Part shown: one piece after another, positions 1-8,424 of the stretch
Layout of the letters: each line of letters opens with the position of its first letter
How positions within the stretch are numbered: the stretch's first letter is position 1
The notes under the pieces: model-generated
Told to the model about the DNA's origin: nothing
Databases searched by the model: none
The model's input: only the letters and a program-made list of their open reading frames with translations
Assembly (NCBI GenBank): GCA_023228385.1
Contig: JALOBF010000001.1
Coordinates: 1 to 50,837 of the forward strand
Direction of reading: 5' to 3'
DNA: 50,837 nt
Source: Bacilli bacterium
GTDB taxonomy: Bacteria; Bacillota_I; Bacilli_A; ML615J-28; CAG-698
Translations under genes and position numbers: made by a program

Positions 1-99
1 TTCACTCCAGGGATACCAGTTGACAAGATTAAAAATATGTTGCCGTAAATAAGTCGATTTTTCATTTGCCAGTTTGTTTGGTATTTTGGTTTCTCTCAT
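1..99 (-). CDS. thioredoxin-domain (DUF255/YyaL-like) protein, first 33 codons only; gene runs off the left window edge
   Basis: Reverse complement of 1-99 reads ATG then [33 protein letters not shown], matching the conserved N-terminus (N-x-L-x-x-E-x-S-x-Y-L-x-Q-H-x-x-N-x-V-x-W-x-P-W) of YyaL/DUF255 proteins. Absent from the ORF track because it is truncated. Confidence 0.55.
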   Translation of the reverse strand, partial: MRETKIPNKLANEKSTYLRQHIFNLVNWYPWSE

Positions 100-282
100 T
101 ATAATAACATCCTTTATCTTGTTAATCGTTTATTATTTATTTTACCCTTCTAAAACGATTTTTATAAAATGTTTGTTTATTAATTCTCAAAATGCAAATT
201 GAATAATGTAAATGTTATTTTACAATAATTCCAAAATGAGTAAAGCAAAAAACCAAATTAGTTGCAAAAAAGAAATAAATCC

Positions 283-308
283 AAAAAAAAAGAATCAATA
301 ATTGATTC
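283..308 (-). terminator. rho-independent terminator after the trmH-like gene
   Basis: Palindrome GAATCAAT-A-ATTGATTC (292-308) abuts the TGA stop (309-311) and is followed on the minus strand by a 9-nt T run (283-291). Confidence 0.75.
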
Positions 309-1040
309 TCACGAATTAAAATAATACATAATAATGCTGCCGGCAACCGCAACATTTAAAGAGTCTAGTTTATTATTGATTTCTATATAAATATTACGAT
401 TGCAACTTTCCTCTATCCTTTTACTTACGCCACGGCTTTCATTGCCTAAAACCAATGCATAAGCTTTTTCTTTTGCCAAAGTCGACAAGGGTGTCCCGCC
501 ATCCGGGGAAGTACTGTAAATCCTAATACCAATACTTTTTAAATGGTTAATTGTCTTAAGTAATTCCGCATTTATAACCTTTAATTTAAATATGGCTCCC
601 TGGGTGGCGCGAAGCGCTTTATCATTATAAATATCAACCGAATCGGGACTAACAATCACACAATCCACCTTAAAACCCAAAGCACTTCTAATTAATGTTC
701 CTAAATTACCCGGATCCTGGATATCATCAAGCAATAAAAATCGTTGCCCGTCAATTAATCTTTGCGGAAAGTAGCGACAAACTCCGATAATCTTTTGCGG
801 CGTTTTTGATTGCGCCAATTTTTCAATAACCCCTTCGGTAACTATGATATTTTCCGGCCCGTCAACAACATCAATTTCATCACATATAAGAACTGTTTCT
901 AATAATCCGCTTTGAGTTGCCTCTTCAATCATATGATATCCTTCTATTAAAAATTTTTTCGCTTGATCGCGATATTTTTTCAATTGAAGTTTCGCTAATT
1001 TTTTAATAAACTGATTATTTACAGAATCGATTTTTCTCAT
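309..1040 (-). CDS. TrmH/SpoU-family RNA 2'-O-methyltransferase (RlmB/YsgA-like)
   Basis: 243 aa. SpoU motifs LLLDDIQDPGNLGTLIRSA, LVLGNESRGVS and LNVAVAGSIIMY. ATG start, TGA stop. Confidence 0.8.
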   Translation of the reverse strand: MRKIDSVNNQFIKKLAKLQLKKYRDQAKKFLIEGYHMIEEATQSGLLETVLICDEIDVVDGPENIIVTEGVIEKLAQSKTPQKIIGVCRYFPQRLIDGQRFLLLDDIQDPGNLGTLIRSALGFKVDCVIVSPDSVDIYNDKALRATQGAIFKLKVINAELLKTINHLKSIGIRIYSTSPDGGTPLSTLAKEKAYALVLGNESRGVSKRIEESCNRNIYIEINNKLDSLNVAVAGSIIMYYFNS

Positions 1041-1046
1041 TGTTTC

Positions 1047-1607
1047 TCACGACTTCAAAATAATCGATAGCATTAAACCGACTGTAATCAAGGTTTCAAC
1101 TAACTGAATAAGGAAGACAAATAGGAAAACTTTTTTCCGCTTTTTGTTCTTTAATAACAATAAAATGATTAATGAAGCAACAACGCTTAAAAACGGTAAA
1201 ATAAAACTGAAAATATTAAAGGCTAAACTGTTTGATTGCGAAAACAAGTCTAATAATAGTTTTGCAAAATATACGCTTAATAATGCCTGGATATAATAAA
1301 ATGAAAATAAAAACTGAAATACAGCATAGAATCCCATCCACAAAGGTATTTCATCCCATATCGTTTTTTCCCCCTTGGATTTTATTAAATTTTTCCTTTT
1401 CTTTTTTAATTGCTTATATTCTTCTTTTAAATTAATATACTCTTCTTCGGTAAGAACCTCATTGCCTTTTTCGTATAATTCGAATTCATAATTTTCTAAA
1501 ATGGCATCTATTTCTTGCCGGCGAAGGTCAATTTCATAAATCAAAAATTCTACATTTTCACTTTCTTGATGTTCTTCAAGAGTTATTTTATTTTCGTTTT
1601 CTTTCAT
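1047..1607 (-). CDS. hypothetical membrane protein (acidic coiled-coil N-terminus plus about 4 TM helices)
   Basis: 186 aa. AGGAGA RBS before the ATG, stop 6 nt upstream of the trmH-like start (operon). No family recognised. Confidence 0.5.
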   Translation of the reverse strand: MKENENKITLEEHQESENVEFLIYEIDLRRQEIDAILENYEFELYEKGNEVLTEEEYINLKEEYKQLKKKRKNLIKSKGEKTIWDEIPLWMGFYAVFQFLFSFYYIQALLSVYFAKLLLDLFSQSNSLAFNIFSFILPFLSVVASLIILLLLKNKKRKKVFLFVFLIQLVETLITVGLMLSIILKS

Positions 1608-1662
1608 AATGTCGTCTCCTTTTCCCTTATATTATAATATCATAATTTAAATTATATTTCTA

Positions 1663-1693
1663 TAAAAAAAACAAAAAGTGCTTTAAAGCACTT
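1663..1693 (-). terminator. rho-independent terminator after the SASP gene
   Basis: 18-nt palindrome AAGTGCTTTAAAGCACTT (1676-1693), followed on the minus strand by TTTGTTTTTTTT. Confidence 0.75.
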
Positions 1694-1707
1694 CTTTTAT
1701 TAGTTAA

Positions 1708-1944
1708 TTATCTGTTTGTTGTAGAACCTAAATTAGATTGAGCAAGTTTTACTAAACGACGAGTAATCTCTCCACCAACAGAACCATTTTGACGCGCAGT
1801 TGCGTCCGGCCCTAAATTGACACCGAATTCACTTGCAATTTCATATTTCATTTGATCAATCGCATTCTGCGCTCCAGGAACAACTAACTTGTTTTTATTC
1901 TGGGTTTTTCCGGCAGCTCCGGGATTAAAAGATGAAGTATTCAT
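1708..1944 (-). CDS. small acid-soluble spore protein, alpha/beta type
   Basis: Core [40 protein letters not shown] is the alpha/beta SASP signature. I place the start at ATG 1944 (MNTSS...), 6 nt after AGGAGGTG. The track's GTG at 1953 lies inside that RBS. Confidence 0.9.
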   Translation of the reverse strand: MNTSSFNPGAAGKTQNKNKLVVPGAQNAIDQMKYEIASEFGVNLGPDATARQNGSVGGEITRRLVKLAQSNLGSTTNR

Positions 1945-2079
1945 TCTTTTCACCTCCTGTCATCTTTATTATTTACATTATTCATTAAAATAACCAATTT
2001 TTTATCAAGCAATTGTTGCCATTATAATTAATCGATTTTTTAGGCATTATTATTGTGAGATGAAAAGAATTTTTTATAC

Positions 2080-3309
2080 TTAGATTTCATAATTACCAGA
2101 GATTTTCATTTTTTCAAATATTGAATATTTTTTTGATTTTTCCAAATTAATTACTTCAATATTATCGATTGCTTTATTAATTAAATTTGAAAAATCACAT
2201 TTTATTTCTTGAAATTCAACCCTTTCCATTTTAGGTTTAATCACCGGATGTTCCGGAACAAATATTGTACAGCAATCCTCATAAGGACGGGTCGAAACCT
2301 CAAAAGTACCAATCTTACGGGCGATTGCTATTATTTCTTCTTTATCATAAGTTGCTAGCGGTCTTATAATCGGCAATTTAGTTACTTCGTTTATTACTTT
2401 CATACTCTCAATAGTTTGAGATGCAACTTGACCAATGCTTTCGCCATTTACGATAATATCTAAATCATATTTACGACATACAATATCCGCAATTCGGTAC
2501 ATCTGTCGTCGCATAATCGTTATATTATATATACTATCAACATTTTCAAATATCGCTTCTTGAATTTCGGTAAAGGGGAAAATTAGCAATTTGATTTTGT
2601 CTTGAGCGGTATATTTTACTAACTCCTGCAATAAATCAATAACTTTTTGTAATGCCATATCACTGGTATAAGGAGGAGAGGCGAAATGGAGAGCAACCAA
2701 ATCAATGCCTTTTTTCAAAGCTAAGAATCCGGCAACCGGGCTATCGATACCCCCCGATAACATTAATAATCCTTTCCCGGAAACACCACCGGGAAACCCG
2801 CCCAATCCCTTAATGCTGTTTATATAAATATATGTTCCTTCGTGACGCAAATCAATATGGAGAGTTAAATCAGGATTATGAACATCAACTAATAGTCCGG
2901 AAACATGCGGTAACACCCGGCTGGCAACTTCTTTTGTAATCTCCGGTGATGTTGCGGGGAAAGTTTTGTCACTCCGGTTGGTCTCTACCTTAAATGTACA
3001 TAATGCCTGCTTTTTTTCAAATTTAATCAATTCAATTGCCTTTTCAGCAATCTTATCATAATCAGAATCAGCTCTTACACAAAGACTGTAAGAAGATAAT
3101 CCAAAAACAATATTCAGTTGTTCAATAATCGGACGATAGTCTTCGCCGTTCAAATAAATATAAAAGCGGTAATCAGTATTGAAAAATCTTAATTTGGGAT
3201 GTTTTTTTAATTTTGCTTTAATATTTCGATTCATTTGCTGTAAAAAGTAACGATAGTTTTTCTTTTTAAGGGTCATTTCCCCGTATCTAACTAATATTAA
3301 ATCATACAT
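2080..3309 (-). CDS. thiI: tRNA 4-thiouridine(8) synthase ThiI
   Basis: 409 aa. N-terminal LILVRYGEMTLKKKN (THUMP region) and PP-loop SGGIDSPVA. Located 2 nt downstream of a cysteine desulfurase, as in Bacillus nifZ-thiI. Confidence 0.9.
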   Translation of the reverse strand: MYDLILVRYGEMTLKKKNYRYFLQQMNRNIKAKLKKHPKLRFFNTDYRFYIYLNGEDYRPIIEQLNIVFGLSSYSLCVRADSDYDKIAEKAIELIKFEKKQALCTFKVETNRSDKTFPATSPEITKEVASRVLPHVSGLLVDVHNPDLTLHIDLRHEGTYIYINSIKGLGGFPGGVSGKGLLMLSGGIDSPVAGFLALKKGIDLVALHFASPPYTSDMALQKVIDLLQELVKYTAQDKIKLLIFPFTEIQEAIFENVDSIYNITIMRRQMYRIADIVCRKYDLDIIVNGESIGQVASQTIESMKVINEVTKLPIIRPLATYDKEEIIAIARKIGTFEVSTRPYEDCCTIFVPEHPVIKPKMERVEFQEIKCDFSNLINKAIDNIEVINLEKSKKYSIFEKMKISGNYEI

Positions 3310-3311
3310 TG

Positions 3312-4421
3312 TTAATTCACCTGCAGTAATATTTCTATTAATTTATCAATTTCTTGATAAGTAGTTAAATGTGAGAGACTGATTCTTATTGATGATGTGG
3401 CGAAATCCTCCGATTTAGAAACATTTAATACGATTCGATCGGACCTTTTGAGTTTGGAAGAACAAGCCGAACCGGCTGAAACATAAATATTGTTATTCCC
3501 TAAAAAATGAACTATTGTTTCGCCATTGTGCCCAGGAATAGAAATATTGAAAACATAAGGGCTGGCATCGGGACTGCTATTAATAATAATGCCTGAAATT
3601 CTTTGCAATTTTTTTCTCAAATAATTATTAAGCTGTTTAACAATAAGATAATGTTTTTTAGTTTGAGGATAATACTTTTTAATGGCTTTACATAAGGCGG
3701 CAACAGCAGCCAAATCAACCGTCCCCGGCCGAATATTGTATTGGACAGTTGAACCATAAGTGATTTTTTTTAGTTCTATATTTTCTTTAAAAGCTAACAG
3801 GCCGATTCCTTTTGGCCCATATATCTTATGTGCACTGAATGTCAATAAATCAATTTTTTCAAAATTGAAATCCGGTATTATTTTACATAAACCTTGAACC
3901 CCATCAACATGCAGTTTTACTTTTGGATAATTTTTTATTATCTCTATGACTTTATCAATTGGTTGTATTGAACCTATAATATTATTTACCCACATAATCG
4001 ATACTAAAACAGTATCGTTATCTAAATACGATGCTAGTTGTTGTAAATTAATAATACCCTTTGTATCAACATCAAGGTATTTAACCGTATAGCCTTCGCT
4101 TTCTAACTGTTGATATACGGCATAAACGGAGGAGTGTTCAATTTTTGTAGTAATAATTTTACCTTGAGGATATTTTCGGACAATCCCAAGAATCGCCAGA
4201 TTATTGGCTTCTGATGCACTTCCGGTAAAAATTAAATAATGCTGCTTAAGATTTAGCATATCCTTAATTTCTGATTTAGCCTTTTCAAATAAGTAATTGC
4301 TCCTTTGACCAAGTTTATGCATAGAACTGACATTGGCAAAAAAGTCTTTTTCAACTCTGGTATAAGTATCCAATACTTCTTGGTCAATTGGCGTTGTCGC
4401 CGTATAATCTAAATATATCAT
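3312..4421 (-). CDS. cysteine desulfurase (NifS/NifZ/IscS class V aminotransferase)
   Basis: 369 aa. PLP-lysine motif FSAHKIYGPKGIG and catalytic loop SAGSACSS. AGGTG RBS. Confidence 0.9.
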   Translation of the reverse strand: MIYLDYTATTPIDQEVLDTYTRVEKDFFANVSSMHKLGQRSNYLFEKAKSEIKDMLNLKQHYLIFTGSASEANNLAILGIVRKYPQGKIITTKIEHSSVYAVYQQLESEGYTVKYLDVDTKGIINLQQLASYLDNDTVLVSIMWVNNIIGSIQPIDKVIEIIKNYPKVKLHVDGVQGLCKIIPDFNFEKIDLLTFSAHKIYGPKGIGLLAFKENIELKKITYGSTVQYNIRPGTVDLAAVAALCKAIKKYYPQTKKHYLIVKQLNNYLRKKLQRISGIIINSSPDASPYVFNISIPGHNGETIVHFLGNNNIYVSAGSACSSKLKRSDRIVLNVSKSEDFATSSIRISLSHLTTYQEIDKLIEILLQVN

Positions 4422-4581
4422 TATAACACCTGTTTCCGATTGATATTATCTTTTATATATTATACAATAATATCGATTTTTATTAAAGTATAATAAAAAA
4501 TAATCAAAGCATCTTGATATTTTCACTTTAATAAGATAAAATTAATAAGGTCTTTACTTTAATGCATTATTATGCTGGGAG

Positions 4582-5085
4582 GTGATTCTAATTAACAAAA
4601 AAACAAGCTATCTTAATTTAATAAACGTTATTGAAAATTTACTTGAAACAGAACATCACGAAATATCTATATTGGCAAACACATCAGCTTTAATTAAAGA
4701 ACATATAAAAAACATTAATTGGGCCGGGTTTTACCTTCTTAAAAAAGATTATTTGATTTTAGGCCCTTTTCAGGGAAAAGTTGCATGTAATCCGATTCGT
4801 ATCGGTTTTGGCGTATGCGGTAAATGTGTTGAGAATAAGGTAACAATTGTCGTTGGCAATGTCCATGAATTTGATGGTCATATACCATGTGATGAGACGA
4901 CAAATTCCGAAATTGTAATCCCTATTTTTATTGATGATGAAATTTACGGAGTTCTTGATTTAGACAGTAAATTGTTTAATCGCTTTTCTACCGTTGATAA
5001 ACGTTTTTTAGAGCAAATTGTCGTAATTATTGCTCGTAATATTAAAAGAGTAAAAGAAAATAATAGGGGAGTGAATCTTATTTAG
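4582..5085 (+). CDS. GAF-domain protein (free methionine-R-sulfoxide reductase / YtsP-like)
   Basis: 167 aa. WAGFYL...LGPFQGKVACNPIRIGFGVCG...HIPCD...SEIVIPI is typical of fRMsr-type GAF proteins. Start uncertain: the track's GTG lies inside GGGAGGTGA (see findings). Confidence 0.7.
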   Translation: MILINKKTSYLNLINVIENLLETEHHEISILANTSALIKEHIKNINWAGFYLLKKDYLILGPFQGKVACNPIRIGFGVCGKCVENKVTIVVGNVHEFDGHIPCDETTNSEIVIPIFIDDEIYGVLDLDSKLFNRFSTVDKRFLEQIVVIIARNIKRVKENNRGVNLI

Positions 5086-5096
5086 AATCCCATAAG

Positions 5097-5133
5097 AAAT
5101 AAGAGAAGTGCCTTTTATGCACTTCTCTTATTT
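5097..5133. terminator. bidirectional terminator between the GAF gene and rpsD
   Basis: AAATAAGAGAAGTGC-CTTTTAT-GCACTTCTCTTATTT, a 15-bp stem with A/T runs on both sides, between convergent stops (TAG 5083-5085, TAA 5134-5136). Confidence 0.85.
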
Positions 5134-5733
5134 TTATCGGTTATAAAATTCTACAATCAAATTCTCTTTAATGTCGGGCAAAAATTCTTCTCGTTCAGGA
5201 TATCTGACATATTGACCAGACATTGTTGCTTCATCAAATGTTACATACTGTTTTCTTTGAACTAAAGAATTGAGCGCTTCTTGAATAATAACCATTTTCC
5301 CAGAAGATTCTTTTACGCCAATGACTTGACCTGGTTTAACGATATAAGACGGAATATTAACCTTTTTACCATCAACGGTAATATGTCCATGTGTAACCAA
5401 TTGACGGGCTTGACGTCTCGATACAGCAAGACCCATCCGATACACTAAATTATCTAATCTGGATTCAAGTAAGATTAAAAAGTTATCACCTTGTTTACCT
5501 TTCATTTTTCTGGCAAGACTAAAAAATTTTTTAAATTGTTTTTCGCTTACACCATAGGTAAATCTGACTTTTTGTTTTTCTTGTAATTGTAATCCGTATT
5601 CAGATAATTTACTGCGTCTCAATCCGTGTTGACCAGGAGCATAAGGACGTTTTTTTAATTCTTTTCCGTCTTCTAAAATTGAATACTTTAAGCGACGAGA
5701 AATCTTCCAGCTCGGTCCGGTATAACGTGACAT
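5134..5733 (-). CDS. rpsD: 30S ribosomal protein S4
   Basis: 199 aa. [15 protein letters not shown]... plus the S4 domain [39 protein letters not shown]. Confidence 0.97.
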   Translation of the reverse strand: MSRYTGPSWKISRRLKYSILEDGKELKKRPYAPGQHGLRRSKLSEYGLQLQEKQKVRFTYGVSEKQFKKFFSLARKMKGKQGDNFLILLESRLDNLVYRMGLAVSRRQARQLVTHGHITVDGKKVNIPSYIVKPGQVIGVKESSGKMVIIQEALNSLVQRKQYVTFDEATMSGQYVRYPEREEFLPDIKENLIVEFYNR

Positions 5734-5736
5734 GTT

Positions 5737-5885
5737 TTTCCTCCTTCATTAATATTTACAAAGGACCTGAATCAAACAAAATAATAGATTGATAAACGGC
5801 TTTCGCCTTAGCAGCAAGCTACTTACCCCTCTGCAGGAATCATCTGCGTTATTTCATTCATTCAGGCGCTGCTTGTAGCGCACTT
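5737..5885 (-). promoter_or_regulatory. structured 5' leader of rpsD (candidate S4 autoregulatory element)
   Basis: About 150 nt between the promoter and the RBS, visibly GC-richer than its surroundings. Contains GCGCU-ACAAGC-AGCGC, GCAG-N8-CUGC, UAGC-UUGCU-GCUA and GGC-GAAA-GCC hairpins, plus a long-range CCUGAAU / AUUCAGG pairing that encloses them. Confidence 0.5.
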
Positions 5886-5890
5886 TAAAT

Positions 5891-5918
5891 ATTATACTCT
5901 ATTTAATATAAAAGTCAA
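5891..5918 (-). promoter_or_regulatory. sigmaA-type promoter of rpsD
   Basis: Minus strand reads TTGACT (5913-5918), a 16-nt spacer, then TATAAT (5891-5896). Confidence 0.6.
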
Positions 5919-5925
5919 GAATTAT

Positions 5926-6681
5926 TTATTTTATTGCCGCTTTGACCAATTCAACAAAATCATCGCTATTTAAACTGGCACCTCCGATTAGAGCGCCATC
6001 TATATGCGGCATGTTCATCAGTTCATCGATATTATTAAGTTTAACACTGCCTCCGTATTGAATCCGAATTGTCGCCGCCGTCTCATCGTCATACATTTGC
6101 CCAATATACTGCCGGATAAATCCGCATGTTTCATTAGCCGTCGCGCTTGAAGCAGTCTTGCCGGTGCCAATGGCCCAAATCGGTTCATAAGCTATAACTA
6201 AGTTTTTAATTTGGTCTTTAGATAGACCGTCTAAATCTAAATCAAGTTGACGGCCGATGATTTGTTCGGTTTGACCCGATTCTCTTTCGGTCAATGATTC
6301 ACCAACACATAATATCGGGATTAACTCATTTTCAAAAGCTTTATGTAATTTACGATTTATCGTTTCGTCAGTTTCATTAAACATCGCTCTTCTTTCGCTG
6401 TGACCGATAATAACATAACTAACATTAATCGAACGCAACATTGATGCTGATACTTCTCCGGTAAAGGCCCCTTCGTCTTCATAATGCATATTTTGAGCGC
6501 CAATTCTTAGATTTGATCCTTGTCTTTTAACAAGGCAACGGAGAACTGTAAATTGAGCGCAAATAACACTATCAACTTTATTAATATCGGGAACCTTATT
6601 AACAACAGAATAAACAAATTGCAATGCTTCATCGCGGGTTTTAAACATTTTCCAATTGCCGGCTATGATTGGTTTTCTCAT
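5926..6681 (-). CDS. tpiA: triosephosphate isomerase
   Basis: Motifs AGNWKM, IGHSERR, AYEPIWAIGTG. Start moved to ATG 6681 (MRKPIIAGNWKM) behind AAAGGAG. The track's upstream extension would overlap the end of pgk. Confidence 0.95.
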   Translation of the reverse strand: MRKPIIAGNWKMFKTRDEALQFVYSVVNKVPDINKVDSVICAQFTVLRCLVKRQGSNLRIGAQNMHYEDEGAFTGEVSASMLRSINVSYVIIGHSERRAMFNETDETINRKLHKAFENELIPILCVGESLTERESGQTEQIIGRQLDLDLDGLSKDQIKNLVIAYEPIWAIGTGKTASSATANETCGFIRQYIGQMYDDETAATIRIQYGGSVKLNNIDELMNMPHIDGALIGGASLNSDDFVELVKAAIK

Positions 6682-6694
6682 TATTTTACTCCTT

Positions 6695-7906
6695 TTATTT
6701 ACAGCAACAGCAACACTTATCATCGAGTGCCGCTATTCCCGGTAATTCTTTTCCTTCCAAAAATTCTAAACTTGCCCCGCCGCCGGTAGAAATATGAGTA
6801 AATTTATTTTCAAAACCAAAGTTGATGGCTGCTGCGGCACTGTCGCCGCCGCCAATAATGGTTATCGCATCGTCCAATCCAGCAAGAATATGACAAATTT
6901 CATTGGTTCCCTTTGCAAACTGACTAAACTCAAAAACGCCTGCCGGTCCATTCCATACGATTGTCTTTGCACCGGCTAGCCCCTTTTTAAATAATTCAAT
7001 CGTTTTCGGACCAATATCCATTCCCATCATATCATTAGGAATTTCATTGGAATGTACAATTATGCCTTCAGCATTTTCTGAAAATTCTTTTGTTACTACT
7101 GTATCAAGGGGTAAAATAATCTTGTCTTTCCCTTTTTCTAATAAAGATTTTGCATAATCAACATAATCCAATTCGCATTTTGAGGTACCGACTTCATAGC
7201 CTAAGGCTTTAAAGAAAGTGTATGCCATAGCACCGCAAATTAGGATTTTATCGGCTTTATTTAATAAATTCTCAATAACCGAGATCTTATCACTTACCTT
7301 AGCGCCGCCTAAAATAGCAACAAACGGACGCTTCGGATTATTTACTGCTTCACCGATAAACTTAATCTCTTTTTCTACCAAAAAACCGGCAACAGCATCT
7401 TTACTGTTAGAAGCGATTCCAACATTAGAAGCATGAGCGCGATGGGCGGTACCGAATGCATCATTTACGAAAACATCGCCCAATGATGCCCAATATTTCC
7501 CCAGTTCGGGACTGTTTCCAGATTCCGCTTTATTATTCAAATCTTCAAAGCGGGTGTTTTCGACCATAATGATGTCTTTCGCTTTCATGTTTTTAATTGC
7601 TTTTTCCAATTTTGAACCTTTTGTTTCATCAATAAATGTAACCGGATATTGTAAAAGCGAAATTAACTTTTGAACGACCGGATATAAAGAATTTTTCTGT
7701 TTGTCTTCTTCCGTTTTAATCCGACCAAGATGCGAGAATAATACAACTTTAGCATTTTGTTCCAAGACGTAACGTATCGTCGGCAGTGCTTGGACAATTC
7801 GATTATCATCAGTAATTTTTCCGTCTTTCATCGGAACATTAAAATCAACTCTGATTAAAACCGTTTTGTTTTTTAAATTGACATCTCTAATGGTTTTTTT
7901 ACTCAT
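6695..7906 (-). CDS. pgk: phosphoglycerate kinase with an extra C-terminal CCCCCK tail
   Basis: 403 aa. Motifs [39 protein letters not shown]. It ends ...[12 protein letters not shown], about 6 residues past the usual Pgk terminus. Confidence 0.95.
   Translation of the reverse strand: MSKKTIRDVNLKNKTVLIRVDFNVPMKDGKITDDNRIVQALPTIRYVLEQNAKVVLFSHLGRIKTEEDKQKNSLYPVVQKLISLLQYPVTFIDETKGSKLEKAIKNMKAKDIIMVENTRFEDLNNKAESGNSPELGKYWASLGDVFVNDAFGTAHRAHASNVGIASNSKDAVAGFLVEKEIKFIGEAVNNPKRPFVAILGGAKVSDKISVIENLLNKADKILICGAMAYTFFKALGYEVGTSKCELDYVDYAKSLLEKGKDKIILPLDTVVTKEFSENAEGIIVHSNEIPNDMMGMDIGPKTIELFKKGLAGAKTIVWNGPAGVFEFSQFAKGTNEICHILAGLDDAITIIGGGDSAAAAINFGFENKFTHISTGGGASLEFLEGKELPGIAALDDKCCCCCK
6701..6715 (-). 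repeat. short (TGTTGC)n-type microsatellite encoding five consecutive Cys
   Basis: Plus strand acagcaacagcaaca, read on the minus strand as TGT TGC TGT TGC TGT. Confidence 0.9.
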
Positions 7907-7981
7907 GTCGATCTCCTTTACTTTTAGTAATTATAATACTTCCTTACAAGTATACCACTTTTTTGGAAAAAAGTATATCTT

Positions 7982-8395
7982 TTAAACAGAAAATAAATCG
8001 TTTTTATAATTTTTAACTTCTAAAACTTTGTGATAAATGTTTTTTAATGTTCGATAGGTTTTTGTGGTTTCCAACAGTTTTCCACATTTAAAAATGATTA
8101 TTCCTTTATCATTTCTATTTTTTATTTCGGAAACATTACTGCCGTTGACCCATATTTTATCTTTCCCAAAAACTTTAAAAAATACCATATCTTGATTAAT
8201 ATATATCGGAATATTGTAGGAGTAAGAAAAAATAAGTTTTATAGCCTCAAGACGTCCCTTTAAAGTCGTCATTTCTTTTAATAATAGCTTATTGAATAAT
8301 TGTGTAGGTGTAAGGTGATGGATTTTGCGGTAATCAATATTAATTTCCAATAGTTCATTATCGTATTGATAAAAATAAAGCGTGTTTTTGTTCAT
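7982..8395 (-). CDS. ComK-family protein (short, 137 aa)
   Basis: TTLKGRLEAIKLIFSYSYNIPIYINQDMVFFKVFGKDKIWVNGSNVSEI...IIFKCGKLLE lines up by eye with the B. subtilis ComK core SSYAGRKAGTYEVT..KPPIMVDP..IFLFPT....CGWISHVHVKEF...VTFSNGKTMEL. Confidence 0.5.
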   Translation of the reverse strand: MNKNTLYFYQYDNELLEINIDYRKIHHLTPTQLFNKLLLKEMTTLKGRLEAIKLIFSYSYNIPIYINQDMVFFKVFGKDKIWVNGSNVSEIKNRNDKGIIIFKCGKLLETTKTYRTLKNIYHKVLEVKNYKNDLFSV

Positions 8396-8419
8396 AAAAA
8401 AACCACCATATATCGGTGG
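8396..8419 (-). terminator. rho-independent terminator after the MsmX-like gene
   Basis: Minus strand reads CCACC-GATATAT-GGTGG followed by T7. The T run ends directly at the ATG of the ComK-like gene. Confidence 0.6.
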
Positions 8420-8424
8420 CTAAT

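Noticed and set aside
1954-2079. SigmaG/sigmaF promoter upstream of the SASP gene
   Set aside because: One is expected biologically, but I could not find a GHATR-N17/18-CAHWHTA arrangement by eye, so none is reported.
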